Shown piece after piece: positions 50,302 through 61,252 of a stretch of DNA of 64,000 nt. The DNA is from an uncultured Bacteroidota bacterium (GTDB taxonomy: Bacteria > Bacteroidota > Ignavibacteria > UBA10030 > UBA6906). A program made the position numbers and the translations under genes. The notes beneath the pieces are model-generated. The model searched no databases and had not been told where the DNA came from. It was given only the letters and a program-made list of their open reading frames with translations. The stretch spans positions 672,001 to 736,000 of the forward strand of contig CAVOYH010000003.1 in the NCBI GenBank assembly GCA_963700635.1, given 5' to 3'. Every line of letters starts with the position of its first letter. Position 1 is the stretch's first letter.

Positions 50302-51064
50302 GGAACCCTCCCACCGTAACAACAATATGTCCGCCGATATGATCAACCTTTACGGGAACTCCATACAGTGCCGAGAGGTGCGGTCCCGTGAGGATCTCAC
50401 GAACCCCGCCAACCTGAAAGAAGTCTTTTTCCACGATGGCAATCTGCTCGACATGATTTGCGACGTCATCAAGCAGATGAGAGACCATAATGATGGTCAA
50501 CCGTTCCTGACGGTGTAATGTGCCGATCAGGTCAAGGATTGCAGTGCGTGATGCAATGTCCATCCCGCTTGTGGGTTCATCCAGAATGAGAACGTCGGGT
50601 TCGGATGCCAGCGCGCGCGCAATCAATACCCGTTGCTTCTGTCCGCCGGAGAGATCACGAAAGACCTTTTTGGCAAGATCATCAATGCCCGCCTGGTGAA
50701 GGGCGTGGAGCACGGTTCCACCCTCGCCTTTTCCGGGGAAACGGAACATTCCGATCTGCCTGTACCGTCCCATCATGACCACGTCGGCTGCGGTATAGGG
50801 AAGCACAGAGTCGATCCTGTCGCGCTGAGGAACATACCCGAACCGAAGAGGACGTCCGTCGGGGAACGATGCGCTGCGTGAACCGGATCGGATCTTCAGG
50901 ATTCCAAGAATCGCACGCAAAAGGGTCGTCTTTCCTGCCCCGTTCGGTCCGACGAGTCCGACATATTCACCCTGATGGATGCTCAGAGAAATATCCCGAA
51001 GGATGATTTTACGGCCGTACCCGAGTGTTACCCGATCAAGATGGATGAGTGTATGTGGTGTCAC
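50288..51064 (-). CDS. Zn/Mn ABC transporter ATP-binding protein (ZnuC-like)
   Basis: GPNGAGKT, GYVPQ, LSGGQKQR, LDEPT, SH. Confidence 0.93.
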   Translation of the reverse strand: MTPHTLIHLDRVTLGYGRKIILRDISLSIHQGEYVGLVGPNGAGKTTLLRAILGILKIRSGSRSASFPDGRPLRFGYVPQRDRIDSVLPYTAADVVMMGRYRQIGMFRFPGKGEGGTVLHALHQAGIDDLAKKVFRDLSGGQKQRVLIARALASEPDVLILDEPTSGMDIASRTAILDLIGTLHRQERLTIIMVSHLLDDVANHVEQIAIVEKDFFQVGGVREILTGPHLSALYGVPVKVDHIGGHIVVTVGGFHEPH

Positions 51065-51936
51065 TGTAATGCTTTCGCAAGAGTTTTTGTGTTGTATTCC
51101 ATAAGACTGATATACCCGGTTACCCCGTCAACACCACCGCTCGAAGTGGGGAGCCGGAGCACTTGTGCGCCTGTTGCCCGCGCGATCTGGTCTGCGGCGC
51201 TGGAATCATAGAAGGGCTCAACCACAATGGCCTTGATGCCTGAATTCCGGACCAGCGTGATCAGCTCGGCCGTGTGACCCGGGCTGGGGGAAATCCCCGG
51301 TTTGGGCTCAACCTGATCCGCGACCGTCAATCCAAGCCAGGCCGCAAAGTAACTCCAGCTTCTGTGAAACGTGACAACTTTTCTTCCCCTGAAGGGTTTC
51401 ATGGCGCGTTCCCACCCAACGATCATCCCATCGAGTGTTTTCAGATATGCCTCAGCGTTGGCGCGAAAGTACGGTTCATCAGAAGGGGATTTGCGCACAA
51501 GAGCCTGGACGATGTCTTCCACCACGATCCGCACATTTCGGGGATCAAGCCAGTAATGAGGGTTCCCAAAGCGGTGGACATCACCCTGGCTGGCGTCGGG
51601 TCTTGCGGGAATCTCGAGCTTCTGAATACGTTTTGAGAGGTCCACCACTTCCAGCGTGGTATTCCGTGACCCGTCCACGATCTGCGGAGCCCACAGTTCG
51701 AGATCCATTCCAATGATCAAAAAGAGATCGGCGGATTTAAGCTTCATCATGTAACTTGGTTTGATTTCAATGTAGTGGGGATTCTGGTCGCCCCGCACGA
51801 TATAGTCCACGGCAACCCTGTCTCCACCAACCTGCCGGGTCAGGTCGGCAATGTCGGGTAACGATGTCACAACCCGTACCGTTGCCTGTGCAACACCGGC
51901 CAGCAAGACGGTGACAAGAATCAAAAAGAATTTCAT
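51061..51936 (-). CDS. Zn/Mn ABC transporter substrate-binding protein (ZnuA/TroA-like)
   Basis: Signal peptide, NPHY, GDVH..GNPHYWLDP, TFHRSWSYF. Confidence 0.92.
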   Translation of the reverse strand: MKFFLILVTVLLAGVAQATVRVVTSLPDIADLTRQVGGDRVAVDYIVRGDQNPHYIEIKPSYMMKLKSADLFLIIGMDLELWAPQIVDGSRNTTLEVVDLSKRIQKLEIPARPDASQGDVHRFGNPHYWLDPRNVRIVVEDIVQALVRKSPSDEPYFRANAEAYLKTLDGMIVGWERAMKPFRGRKVVTFHRSWSYFAAWLGLTVADQVEPKPGISPSPGHTAELITLVRNSGIKAIVVEPFYDSSAADQIARATGAQVLRLPTSSGGVDGVTGYISLMEYNTKTLAKALQ

Positions 51937-51974
51937 ACTGCTGCTCCTGTGGTCATACAAAGGGAGAATCGTAT

Positions 51975-53114
51975 CTAAAATGGATGTGCCCTGTGAGGGC
52001 CCAGAGAGAAGAGCGCCTGAAGCGCAATCAGATTTACCGATTGCGCGCCAGCCGGTTCTTCGGTTCGTGTATGCTGATACTGAATACGCAGACCGAGCGT
52101 CTCTTCAACCGGATAAAATCCCAGGAAAAGCGCCAGACCGGAAGCTCTCTCGCTTGTGCTGTACGGCGATTGCGTCCAATCGAATCGTATTCCTGCACTG
52201 TACGTCTTCAGGAATTGATAATCCACGTAAAGATACATTCCGGCGGAACGGATGGTCCTTTCTTCGGGATTGCCCCCTGCGGCCAGGAACGGATTCAACT
52301 CCTGATCCTGTTGCGCTTTCCTGATGTTCTGAAGAAACTCACCCTGAACCACAAGCGCGGTATAGGCATCGGGCCTGTACTTGTATTTGAAGTCAAGATT
52401 ACCATACCAGAACCGATGCCGGTGGTAGGGATCGTGGATCCCGGTATATCCGCTCAACCCGATTTCCAGGTCGCTGTTGTCAGCGAGAGCGAGAAAACCC
52501 GTCAATCGGGCTGACGTTGCATAAAACGGACTCCCCCCTGTTGAATCGGCAATTCCCGGACCATTCTTGATTGCCAACCCGCGCAAGAGGTCCACAGTCA
52601 GTCTTGTATAGAGGTCGCCCGTCGGAAGCAGGACGCTGGCCGAGACCCCGAGATCGTTAAGCCCGCTTTCGCCGAGGAATCGTTCCTGCGACAGGGGCTG
52701 GGTGACAAATGGCCAGACATGGGGATGCATCAGGTTAAGTTTCCCGAACTCCGCCCGGTATTTGCCGAACCGGATGTTCAGGTCGAGTGGTAACCCCCGC
52801 AACACCGTAACGTACACCTCCTCGATACCAAGCCTGGAGCTTTCGAGATCAGGTCCGGGAAGCGTCAACACCAAATCACCTTTCGCAAACGGGTTAAGAT
52901 ATGCCTGCATGGCAAGTTCGAGTTCTTCAAAAGCGAAGTCAGGTTGACTGAATTGTCGTTTTCCTTCAGCAAGTTTTTCCCCGTCGTTGGTCTGGACAAG
53001 AAAACGGGGAATCACACTGATCTCAGGGTTCCCAGAAGACTGGCAAAACGTGTTGGACGGTATGAGTGTCGCCATTGCCAGTACCACTGGCATCCATGGT
53101 GCAGGACAGTGCAT
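51975..53114 (-). CDS. Outer-membrane beta-barrel channel associated with the metal ABC importer
   Basis: ATG 53114 with GGAG SD, signal peptide, EELEL/IEEVY/FGKYRAEFG porin-like motifs, C-terminal GPHRAHPF. Confidence 0.7.
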   Translation of the reverse strand: MHCPAPWMPVVLAMATLIPSNTFCQSSGNPEISVIPRFLVQTNDGEKLAEGKRQFSQPDFAFEELELAMQAYLNPFAKGDLVLTLPGPDLESSRLGIEEVYVTVLRGLPLDLNIRFGKYRAEFGKLNLMHPHVWPFVTQPLSQERFLGESGLNDLGVSASVLLPTGDLYTRLTVDLLRGLAIKNGPGIADSTGGSPFYATSARLTGFLALADNSDLEIGLSGYTGIHDPYHRHRFWYGNLDFKYKYRPDAYTALVVQGEFLQNIRKAQQDQELNPFLAAGGNPEERTIRSAGMYLYVDYQFLKTYSAGIRFDWTQSPYSTSERASGLALFLGFYPVEETLGLRIQYQHTRTEEPAGAQSVNLIALQALFSLGPHRAHPF

Positions 53115-53187
53115 AAAGATCTCCAAAGACAAGTGTGACACACATGAGCGGATCCGGGCACTCCCGTTGGCTCTGCCCGGTCGCTCT

Positions 53188-54420
53188 TTATCGATTAAAC
53201 GGCACGCTGATGGATCCAAGCACCACAGACCGAGATGCTCCGGTAACGGACGGCAGATTCGTTGGATGTCCGGCCAAGGTTTCATTCGCGAGAATCGCAA
53301 AACAGATCGCCTCTTTGGCATCCGCATTCATACCGCAGGCCTCCGCAGTTTCTACGCGCACGCCGCCGAACAGCTCGCGCAGACATTCCAGGAAGAACCG
53401 GTTCCGGGCTCCTCCCCCGCTGACGATAATCTCATCCACCTGCATCCGATTCTTCACAAACCGGATGTACGCATCGTGCACTGCCAGGGGGGTGAGCAGT
53501 GCAACGGTATGAATGATATCGTCCGGCAGCATGCCTCTGCTCTTTTCCAGGATCAATTCCACGAACTGTTCCCCGAACACTTCACGCCCTGTGGACTTTG
53601 GAGGTCGCTGGCGAAAATAGGGGTGCCGGCTCAGCGGGGTGAGTAATGCGGGAATGATGTTTCCCCGGGAAGCAACACGCCCGTCGCGGTCAAACCGGCG
53701 ACCATAGAAATGTTTCATCAGAGCATCCACGACCATATTCCCGGGACCGGTATCAAAAGCAAACACGTCTTCTGCTGTGCATCCTTTGGGGAGTACGGTG
53801 ATATTTGCTATACCGCCGATGTTGAGGAGAATCCGACCGGATGTTTTGGAACGGAACGTAAGCCAGTCGAAGTAAGGCACAAGCGGCGCACCCTGCCCGC
53901 CCGCCGCCATGTCTGCAATCCGAAAGTTTCCAACCGTCGGTATCCCGGTCAACGTTGCAAGGGCTGATGGATCGCCGATCTGCAGGGTGGCCCGGATAGG
54001 TTTGCCTGCAATTTTCACAGAGTGGGGAAGGTGGTGGACAGTTTGGCCGTGTGATCCGATCAGGGTGATGTGCCGCATTGACACCCTGGCCTTGCGGGCG
54101 ACGAGACGCACGGTATCGGCATACAGATGAGCAAGCAACATATTGAGCCTGGTGAGATCGTCAACCCGGGCAGTTTCAGCGCGGGAATTCCGCAGCAGCA
54201 TGGACCGAACCGAGGGTGGAAAGGGGCGTTCCACGTATGCAAGTTGTTCGAACCGAGTTGTCACACCAGTGCCCCTCACCCGGAGCAGCACCGCATCGAT
54301 ACCATCCAGAGAGGTCCCCGACATCAACCCCACAATCAGTTTTTCGCGCTTCCGGAGGGTCTGGGAGTCCCGGCGTACCCGGGACGTCCGCATTCTGCTA
54401 CCCGTTTTGTCAATCGGCAT
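53188..54420 (-). CDS. anmK: Anhydro-N-acetylmuramic acid kinase
   Basis: GLMSGTSLDGID, GSHGQT, GGQGAPLVP, NIGGIAN, DTGPGN, KSTGRE, KEA; start could be 54393. Confidence 0.97.
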   Translation of the reverse strand: MPIDKTGSRMRTSRVRRDSQTLRKREKLIVGLMSGTSLDGIDAVLLRVRGTGVTTRFEQLAYVERPFPPSVRSMLLRNSRAETARVDDLTRLNMLLAHLYADTVRLVARKARVSMRHITLIGSHGQTVHHLPHSVKIAGKPIRATLQIGDPSALATLTGIPTVGNFRIADMAAGGQGAPLVPYFDWLTFRSKTSGRILLNIGGIANITVLPKGCTAEDVFAFDTGPGNMVVDALMKHFYGRRFDRDGRVASRGNIIPALLTPLSRHPYFRQRPPKSTGREVFGEQFVELILEKSRGMLPDDIIHTVALLTPLAVHDAYIRFVKNRMQVDEIIVSGGGARNRFFLECLRELFGGVRVETAEACGMNADAKEAICFAILANETLAGHPTNLPSVTGASRSVVLGSISVPFNR

Positions 54421-54487
54421 GGTGTTCCATCCCTGTATTTGGAGCTTCCTTCTTCATTCTTATCCCTCTCCTTCGTATCTTCTTTCT

Positions 54488-55354
54488 ATGCCTTCGCCTC
54501 CGCTCCTCGGTACCCACGTTTCTGTCGCGGGTGGTATACACACCGCGTTTGACCGGGCTACAACTATCGGTTGCGCCACGATGCAGGTCTTTGTCAAAAA
54601 TGCCAACCGTTGGAATGCCCGCCCGTTGAGCGAATCGGACATCCAAAACTACAAAACTGCGGCTGCCGGTGCAAGCGTCAGTCCGGTAGTCGCCCATGCA
54701 GCATATCTGATCAATCTGTGTGCGGTTCAGCCCGAAACGTTACAGCGGTCCCGGTTGGGCTTCGAAGATGAACTACGTCGCTGTGAAGCGCTGGGTATGA
54801 TGGGACTTGTCGTCCATCCCGGAGCCCACATGGGCGCCGGCGAGGGAGAGGGAGTCCGGCAGATCGCAGAATCACTCAATATCATCCATCTGCGCACGCC
54901 GGAATTTTCTACGCTCACCGTGCTCGAAGTCACTGCCGGTCAGGGAACAGCGATCGGGTACAGGTTTGAACATCTCCGAGACATCCTCGACCGGCTTGAT
55001 GAACCGGCCCGCGCAGGAATCTGCCTCGACACATGCCATGCGTTTGCCGCAGGCTACGATATCCGCACGGCGGAAGGATGGGAAAACCTCTTGCAGGATT
55101 GTGAGGCAACGGTCGGAATACACCGCCTCAAGGTAATTCACGTCAACGATTCCCAGAAGGATCTTGGTTCACGCCGTGACCGGCACGAACATATCGGCAA
55201 AGGAAAAATCGGTGTGGAAGGATTCCGTTTTCTGATGAACGATCCCCGCCTGTCCGGCGTTCCCAAAATCCTCGAAACTGAAAAAAGTGAAGACATGCAC
55301 GAAGACGTAGAGAACATGAATCTGTTACGATCCCTGCTCCGGAGCCCTGAATGA
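54488..55354 (+). CDS. nfo: Endonuclease IV
   Basis: GTHVS, HAAYLINL, HPG, DTCH, HVNDS, DRHEHIG, ILET. Confidence 0.96.
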   Translation: MPSPPLLGTHVSVAGGIHTAFDRATTIGCATMQVFVKNANRWNARPLSESDIQNYKTAAAGASVSPVVAHAAYLINLCAVQPETLQRSRLGFEDELRRCEALGMMGLVVHPGAHMGAGEGEGVRQIAESLNIIHLRTPEFSTLTVLEVTAGQGTAIGYRFEHLRDILDRLDEPARAGICLDTCHAFAAGYDIRTAEGWENLLQDCEATVGIHRLKVIHVNDSQKDLGSRRDRHEHIGKGKIGVEGFRFLMNDPRLSGVPKILETEKSEDMHEDVENMNLLRSLLRSPE

Positions 55355-57798
55355 CCCCACGTCCGTTCGCCATCTTCTGTGTCGCTGTGTTGTGCACATT
55401 TCTCTCACACGCACAGGAACTGTTTCCGGTCCGGGATGCGGGCGAAGCACGGAATCGGAGTTACGACGTCCTGCACTACCGCATTGAGGTCTCGTTTGAC
55501 GAACCCGGCCGCACCGTGTTCGGCAAAGTGACAACAACTCTGGTTCCGTTCAACACGGGATTCCGGGTGCTTGTCTTTGATGCGGAGGAGATGCACATCC
55601 AGAAGGTGTCGCTCCGATCGGGGTTACCCCTTTTGTTCGAACAGGACTCCACGACCGTCACGATCTCTCTGGACAGGGGGTACAGTCTGTATGATACGAT
55701 AACGGTTTCTCTGGAATACTCGTGCACTCCGAGAAAAGGGCTCTATTTCGTTCAACCCGATTCCGGATATCCGGACAAGCCGCGCCAGATATGGACCCAG
55801 GGTGAAGACATGGACAACCACTTCTGGTTTCCATGTTACGATTTTCCAAATGACAAGGCCACCTCGGAAGTTATCGCCACGGTTTCGCGTGATCTGACCG
55901 TCCTCTCCAACGGAGCCCTGCTGGGAATCCGGGAGGACAAGAAAGCGGGAACACGGACTTTCCACTGGAAACAATCCAAGCCGCACGCTTCCTATCTGAT
56001 TATGCTGGCCATTGGCAAGTACACGGTGATCCGCGAAAACGCCGGCGCTGTTCCGCTCGAGTACTATGTGTATCCTCATGCCGTCGAGGACGCACGTATC
56101 TGTTTCCGGGAAACGGCGGATATTATGCGGTTCTTTAACGAGAAAATCGGATTTCCTTATCCGTGGGAGAAGTACGCCCAGGTTCTTATTCATGAATTCG
56201 TCGTGGGCGGGATGGAGAATACCAGCGCAACAAGTTTGATGGATGATGCCACCGTTTTTGACGCGCGTGCGCGGGTCGACCATTCGCCGACGAGCCTGAT
56301 TGCACACGAACTGGCACATCAGTGGTGGGGGGATGTGGTCACCTGTAAGGACTGGCGGCATCTCTGGCTCAATGAAAGTTTCGCCAGTTATTTTGATCCG
56401 TTGTATCACGAGACTACGCTTGGCAGGGATCAATTCGATTTTACCATGTATGAAGCTCAGAGAGCGGGCATCAACGCCGACAAGACGCTCGGCCGCAAGC
56501 CCATTGTGAGTGTGGGTTCCTACGGAACCAACCTCTATCCCCGCGGCGCTTCAGTTTTGCATATGCTCAGATTCCATCTCGGCGATGAGCTGTTCTGGCG
56601 CGCCCTGCGTCACTATATCACGAAACACCAGTTTACTTCTGTTGAAACAAATGACTTCAAAGTCGCCATCGAAGAAGCAACGGGTCAGAATCTGTACTGG
56701 TTTTTCGACCAGTGGGTGTACGGGGCCGGATATCCGGTATTCTCCGTTACCTCATCATGGCAGGATTCCTCGAAAAGACTCCTTCTGCGTGTCACGCAGA
56801 CGCAGACCATGGACAGCCTTACCGGAGTCTTCCGGACCCCGGTTGACATCGAGGTGACGACTGCACGGGGCGTTTCAACACACCGGGTCATGATCACCGT
56901 ACAGGATACCGTTTTTTCGCTGCCGATCCCCTTTGCCCCGCGACTGGTTATTTTTGACAAGGGAAACTGGCTGCTCAAGGATCTCCAGTTCACAAAGTCC
57001 ATCGAGGAGTGGATTGTGCAGGCCGAAGAGGCGAGCAGTCCGATCGATCGTCTCCGCGCGCTCGACCATCTCATGACCGTTGACGATTCCGCCAGAATAC
57101 TTCCGATCGTGACCCGGCGGGCGGATTCTGATTCTTTCTGGGCTGTGCGTCAGGAAGCGGTCCAGATGCTCGGAATGGTGAGCGGAGGCTTTGCCCCCTC
57201 CCGACCGGAGGCACATGATGCGCTCCTCCGAGCGGCGCGGGACAAACACCCGGCGGTCCGGGGGACTGCGATTGCATTCCTGACGGATTCCGGCGATGTA
57301 GGGATGATCGCCGCTCTCCGTGAGGCATTGCGTGATTCCAGTTACACGATAGTGGCACGGGCGTTACGTGCGCTTGCCAGGGCAGCGCCGGATGAAGCCC
57401 GAGCGACGATTCCATCATACCTGGACATGCCCTCGCACGGCCATGTGATTGCATCAGCAGCACTGTCGGCGCTTGCAGAGGTTGATACCGTCATGGCGCG
57501 GCAGCACGCAGTAATCCGTGTGCGTTACGGGAATCCCCCGCCTGTACGTGGGGCGGCGCTGCGCATCCTGCGCCGGTTTGCCGCACATCGATCGATCTCG
57601 GCCGACGTGTTCCTGCCTCTGCTCATGGAGAGAAGCGTGTGGTTACGTAATGCTGCAATCGCCGCACTGGGTGACTGCGGTGGGACAGAATCGTTGCCGT
57701 CACTCGACGCGATCGGGGCTGATTCCAAAAATCCCTCAGCGAAGATCGCACGGCAAAGTGCGACGAAAATCCGTTCACGCGGCGAATCGAAAGGGTGA
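55351..57798 (+). CDS. Secreted M1-family aminopeptidase with C-terminal HEAT repeats
   Basis: Signal peptide, WFPCYD, GGMEN, HELAHQW...WLNE, YPRG, helical repeats. Confidence 0.93.
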   Translation: MTPRPFAIFCVAVLCTFLSHAQELFPVRDAGEARNRSYDVLHYRIEVSFDEPGRTVFGKVTTTLVPFNTGFRVLVFDAEEMHIQKVSLRSGLPLLFEQDSTTVTISLDRGYSLYDTITVSLEYSCTPRKGLYFVQPDSGYPDKPRQIWTQGEDMDNHFWFPCYDFPNDKATSEVIATVSRDLTVLSNGALLGIREDKKAGTRTFHWKQSKPHASYLIMLAIGKYTVIRENAGAVPLEYYVYPHAVEDARICFRETADIMRFFNEKIGFPYPWEKYAQVLIHEFVVGGMENTSATSLMDDATVFDARARVDHSPTSLIAHELAHQWWGDVVTCKDWRHLWLNESFASYFDPLYHETTLGRDQFDFTMYEAQRAGINADKTLGRKPIVSVGSYGTNLYPRGASVLHMLRFHLGDELFWRALRHYITKHQFTSVETNDFKVAIEEATGQNLYWFFDQWVYGAGYPVFSVTSSWQDSSKRLLLRVTQTQTMDSLTGVFRTPVDIEVTTARGVSTHRVMITVQDTVFSLPIPFAPRLVIFDKGNWLLKDLQFTKSIEEWIVQAEEASSPIDRLRALDHLMTVDDSARILPIVTRRADSDSFWAVRQEAVQMLGMVSGGFAPSRPEAHDALLRAARDKHPAVRGTAIAFLTDSGDVGMIAALREALRDSSYTIVARALRALARAAPDEARATIPSYLDMPSHGHVIASAALSALAEVDTVMARQHAVIRVRYGNPPPVRGAALRILRRFAAHRSISADVFLPLLMERSVWLRNAAIAALGDCGGTESLPSLDAIGADSKNPSAKIARQSATKIRSRGESKG

Positions 57799-57801
57799 GT
57801 C

Positions 57802-58783
57802 ATGGCGTTGTATCGCGTTGTTCTCGTATGTGCTCTTGCATTCGGAATCTGCTGCAATGGATGCCGGCACACTCCCAGGAGAGCATCTCCAGCTGAAAAC
57901 TCGCAGGGATCGTATTCCAGGAGGATCAGTTTTTTCGTCTTGTGATCTTCGGGATGAGAGACGCAGCAGAGCGGGAAGGAATGGAACTGCTCGAAGGCAA
58001 ACAGTGCAGGAAGACCCGACAAGGAAATCCAACTGGTGAACACGTATATTGCACAGGGAGTTGACGCTATAATTATTTCACCTCTCAAGTTGCACGCGCT
58101 TCGATTAGTGCCCTGGAGCGCGCACGATCCCGGGGAATCGTTGTGATCACATACAATACCACTGTCGCACGGGACATCCCCACCGCCTACATTGAAAGCA
58201 GCCAGGAAGAACTCGGCGCTTTAACCGGCAAAGCTGCTCGTGCATATATTGAGCATACATTGGGAGGCAAGGCGGAGGCGGCATGCCGGCATTCGATTCA
58301 CAAGCACCTGAACAGAGCAGGGCACGAAGAGAGGGATTTGTTTCCCAGATTGTCTCCCTGCCCGGAGTCAGGGTTGTCTCCACACAGGATGCCTGGCTGG
58401 CTGAACAGGCGGTGAAAAAAGCGGGGGACATCCTCACGGCAAATCCGGAGGTTAACGTGCTCTGGGCGGCAAATGAAGGCGGAACCGTCGGCGCCGTGAT
58501 GGCAGTAAAAAATTCAGGTAGGGCCGGCCGGATTGTTGTATTCGGTACCGATTCGGGGGAACAACTTGCAGACTTTCTTCTGGCCGACGACGGTATCCTC
58601 CAAGCTGTCACTGGCCAACAGCCATTCGCAATCGGTGCACAGTCCGTTCTGACTGCGGTCAAGACCCTCAGGGGAGAACCTGTGGAAAAGAGGATCTACT
58701 CTCCCGGGGCGTCTGCTCACACGCCAAAATCAGGATGATGTTCGACAATTCAAAGCAGAATTGCAGAAGACCCTGAACAGTGA
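57802..58783 (+). pseudogene. Sugar ABC substrate-binding lipoprotein (RbsB-like) with several frameshifts, probably sequencing errors; end approximate
   Basis: Fragments in different frames: MALYRVVLVCALAFGICC, AGIVFQEDQFFRLV, EIQLVNTYIAQGVDAIIISP, VITYN, WAANEGG, VFGTD, QQPFAIG. Confidence 0.8.
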
Positions 58784-60278
58784 CAAGCCTGGAACTTCAA
58801 GGGAATATCCAGGTCTTTTCCCAGGCACTCTCGGCCCTTAAAGACTTTACCGTTCACTGGGAGGGCGGCAAGATACATGCCCTGATCGGTCGTAACGGTG
58901 CCGGCAAGAGCACACTCGTCAGAATACTGACCGGCGCCCTGTCACCAACAACGGGAACGATTACGCCTGAATGGCAGATCCCCCGCAGGTTTCGGTCCCC
59001 TGTTGACGCACACCGGGTAGGTATTGCGGCAGTCTGTCAGGAACTAAGTCTGCTTCCCGATGTAAACGTTGTTGAAAATGTCCTTCTCGGACATTTGCCG
59101 GTTCGCCGGGGGATTATCCCTGGGCGTATCGATTGGCAGGCTGCGCAACAACGTACCCGTGATCTTCTGGATCGTCTGCACGTTTCCCTGCCTCTCGGTG
59201 TTCCGATCCGCCACCTTTCGGTCGCCCAGCAGCAGCTGGTAGAGATCGTCAAGGCCATGGGATCCTCGCCCGATGTCCTCCTCCTCGACGAACCGACCTC
59301 GGCACTTTCCTATACTGAGGCGCAGAGCGTGTTTTCCCTCCTGAGGACCCTCGCTGACAATGGTGTTCTCATTATTTACATTACCCATCGGCTCCAGGAG
59401 ATACGTCCTCTGGCAGATACCGTGACAGCACTTCGGGATGGGGTTTCCGGAGGAACTGTTTTGTCAGAAGAAGCGACCCCCGGGCGAATGGTGACAATGA
59501 TGTTCGGGGAGAATATCCGGTTTACACGCATGGTGGAACACTCTCCAACATCATCCGTAGTGCTGGAGGTCCGCGGCCTGACCCACCGCCGGCATTTGCC
59601 GACGTGACGTTTTCTCTGCACGCCGGCGAACTGCTGGGCATTGCAGGTTTGATGGGTTCAGGCCGCACAGAACTACTACGCACACTTGCCGGTGCAGACG
59701 CCGCTGACGCCGGGGTGATGGTGATCGACGGGAGCGTCTGTACTCCCCGCACGCCTGCGCAAATGAAGCGCCTTGGCATCGTGATGACTCCCGAGAACCG
59801 TAAGGACCATGGTCTTGTCGCGTTGATGAATACACGCACCAATATCTCCCTGGCAAGTTTGGATCGACTCGCGCCATATGCCATCACCAGCCGGCGGCGT
59901 GAAGACGAGGTTGTTACCCGCATGAAGCGCGAGCTACATCTTTCTGTCCCTAATCCTGAATCACCCGTCTCCTCACTGAGCGGCGGCAATCAGCAGAAAG
60001 TCGTACTCGGAAAGTGGCTGGCGACTGCGCCGCGTGTACTGCTTCTGGACGAACCCACGCGGGGCATCGATCTCAAGACAAAAGTACAGATCTTTCAGAC
60101 CATCCTTCGTTTGAGCCGCCAAGGAATGGGAATTGTCATCGTCTCCAGCGAATTTGAAGAGCTGCTCCTTCTGTGCCACCGGCTCATGTTCATGCGGCAC
60201 GGACGCATCACCGGCAGCACCGACGCGGGATCGGTGCGCGTCGAAGACCTTCTTGCTCGATGCATGGAATCGTCATGA
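58780..60278 (+). pseudogene. Sugar ABC ATP-binding protein (RbsA-like, two ABC domains) split by a frameshift at about 59597
   Basis: GRNGAGKSTL, QQQLVEI, LDEPT in 58780-59607; GLMGSGRTE, LSGGNQQKV, DEPTRGID in 59604-60278. Confidence 0.88.
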
Positions 60279-61252
60279 TCAATCGTGTGCGCCAGTTTGC
60301 TCTTGAGATTGTCCTCGTTGCCATGTGCGCTGTCCTGGCCTGGATGGCGCCGGGGTTCTTCACCACGGAGAATGTGCTCAATGTCCTGCGCAACAGTTCA
60401 ATGCAGGGAATTATCGCACTCGGGATGACCATGGTTATCATTGCAGGGGAGATTGACCTCAGCGTGGGATCAGCCGTCGCGTTTGCCGGTTGCTGGACAG
60501 CCTACATCACCGGTGTCCTGACCGGTTCCGCTCTGGGATTTGCACCGACTATCGCAGTCCCTGTGGCTATCCTCATCACAGTCGCGACTGGGCTTTTCGT
60601 GGGATCCTTTACGGGGTTCCTGCGAATGCAGTTTCGGGTACCATCATTCATCACGACCCTTGCACTTCTGACGGGTCTTAGTGGAGTGGCAGAACTGATA
60701 ACCGATGGATTTCCTCTGACGCCTTTTCCGCATTGGTACAACACTCTCGGCGGCGGATACCTCGCGGGAATACCTATTCCGGCTCTGGTGTTTCTTTGTG
60801 TATATATTATTACCCATGTGTTGATGAATCACACGGTCTTCGGCCGGTCTGTGTATGCTGTTGGCGGGAATTCTGAGGCAGCCCGATTAAGCGGAATACC
60901 GGTAGGCCGCATCAAGATCGCAGTCCTGGCTATAACAGCATCTCTCGCCTCGATTGCCGGCGTCTTACAATCCTCGGAAATCATGTCCGGCACCGCCACG
61001 ACAGCGAAGGGATGGGAGCTGGATATTATTGCAGCGGTAATTATTGGTGGTACCAGCCTTGCGGGGGGATCGGGAACAGTCCGCGGTACTATGGTCGGAA
61101 TCATCTTTTTGGGAGTGATAATCAACGGAATGACTCTTCTGAATATCAGCGAGTACTGGCAACATGTGGTCCGTGGGGCGCTCATCCTCACCGCAGTGCT
61201 CCTGAACCGCGCGCAGGACATGCGATCAAGGAACCAGGGAGTACGCGTATGA
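60275..61252 (+). CDS. Sugar ABC transporter permease (RbsC-like)
   Basis: GEIDLSVG, FGRSVYAVGGN.EAARLSGI, ELDIIAAVIIGGTSL.GG.G. Confidence 0.95.
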   Translation: MINRVRQFALEIVLVAMCAVLAWMAPGFFTTENVLNVLRNSSMQGIIALGMTMVIIAGEIDLSVGSAVAFAGCWTAYITGVLTGSALGFAPTIAVPVAILITVATGLFVGSFTGFLRMQFRVPSFITTLALLTGLSGVAELITDGFPLTPFPHWYNTLGGGYLAGIPIPALVFLCVYIITHVLMNHTVFGRSVYAVGGNSEAARLSGIPVGRIKIAVLAITASLASIAGVLQSSEIMSGTATTAKGWELDIIAAVIIGGTSLAGGSGTVRGTMVGIIFLGVIINGMTLLNISEYWQHVVRGALILTAVLLNRAQDMRSRNQGVRV

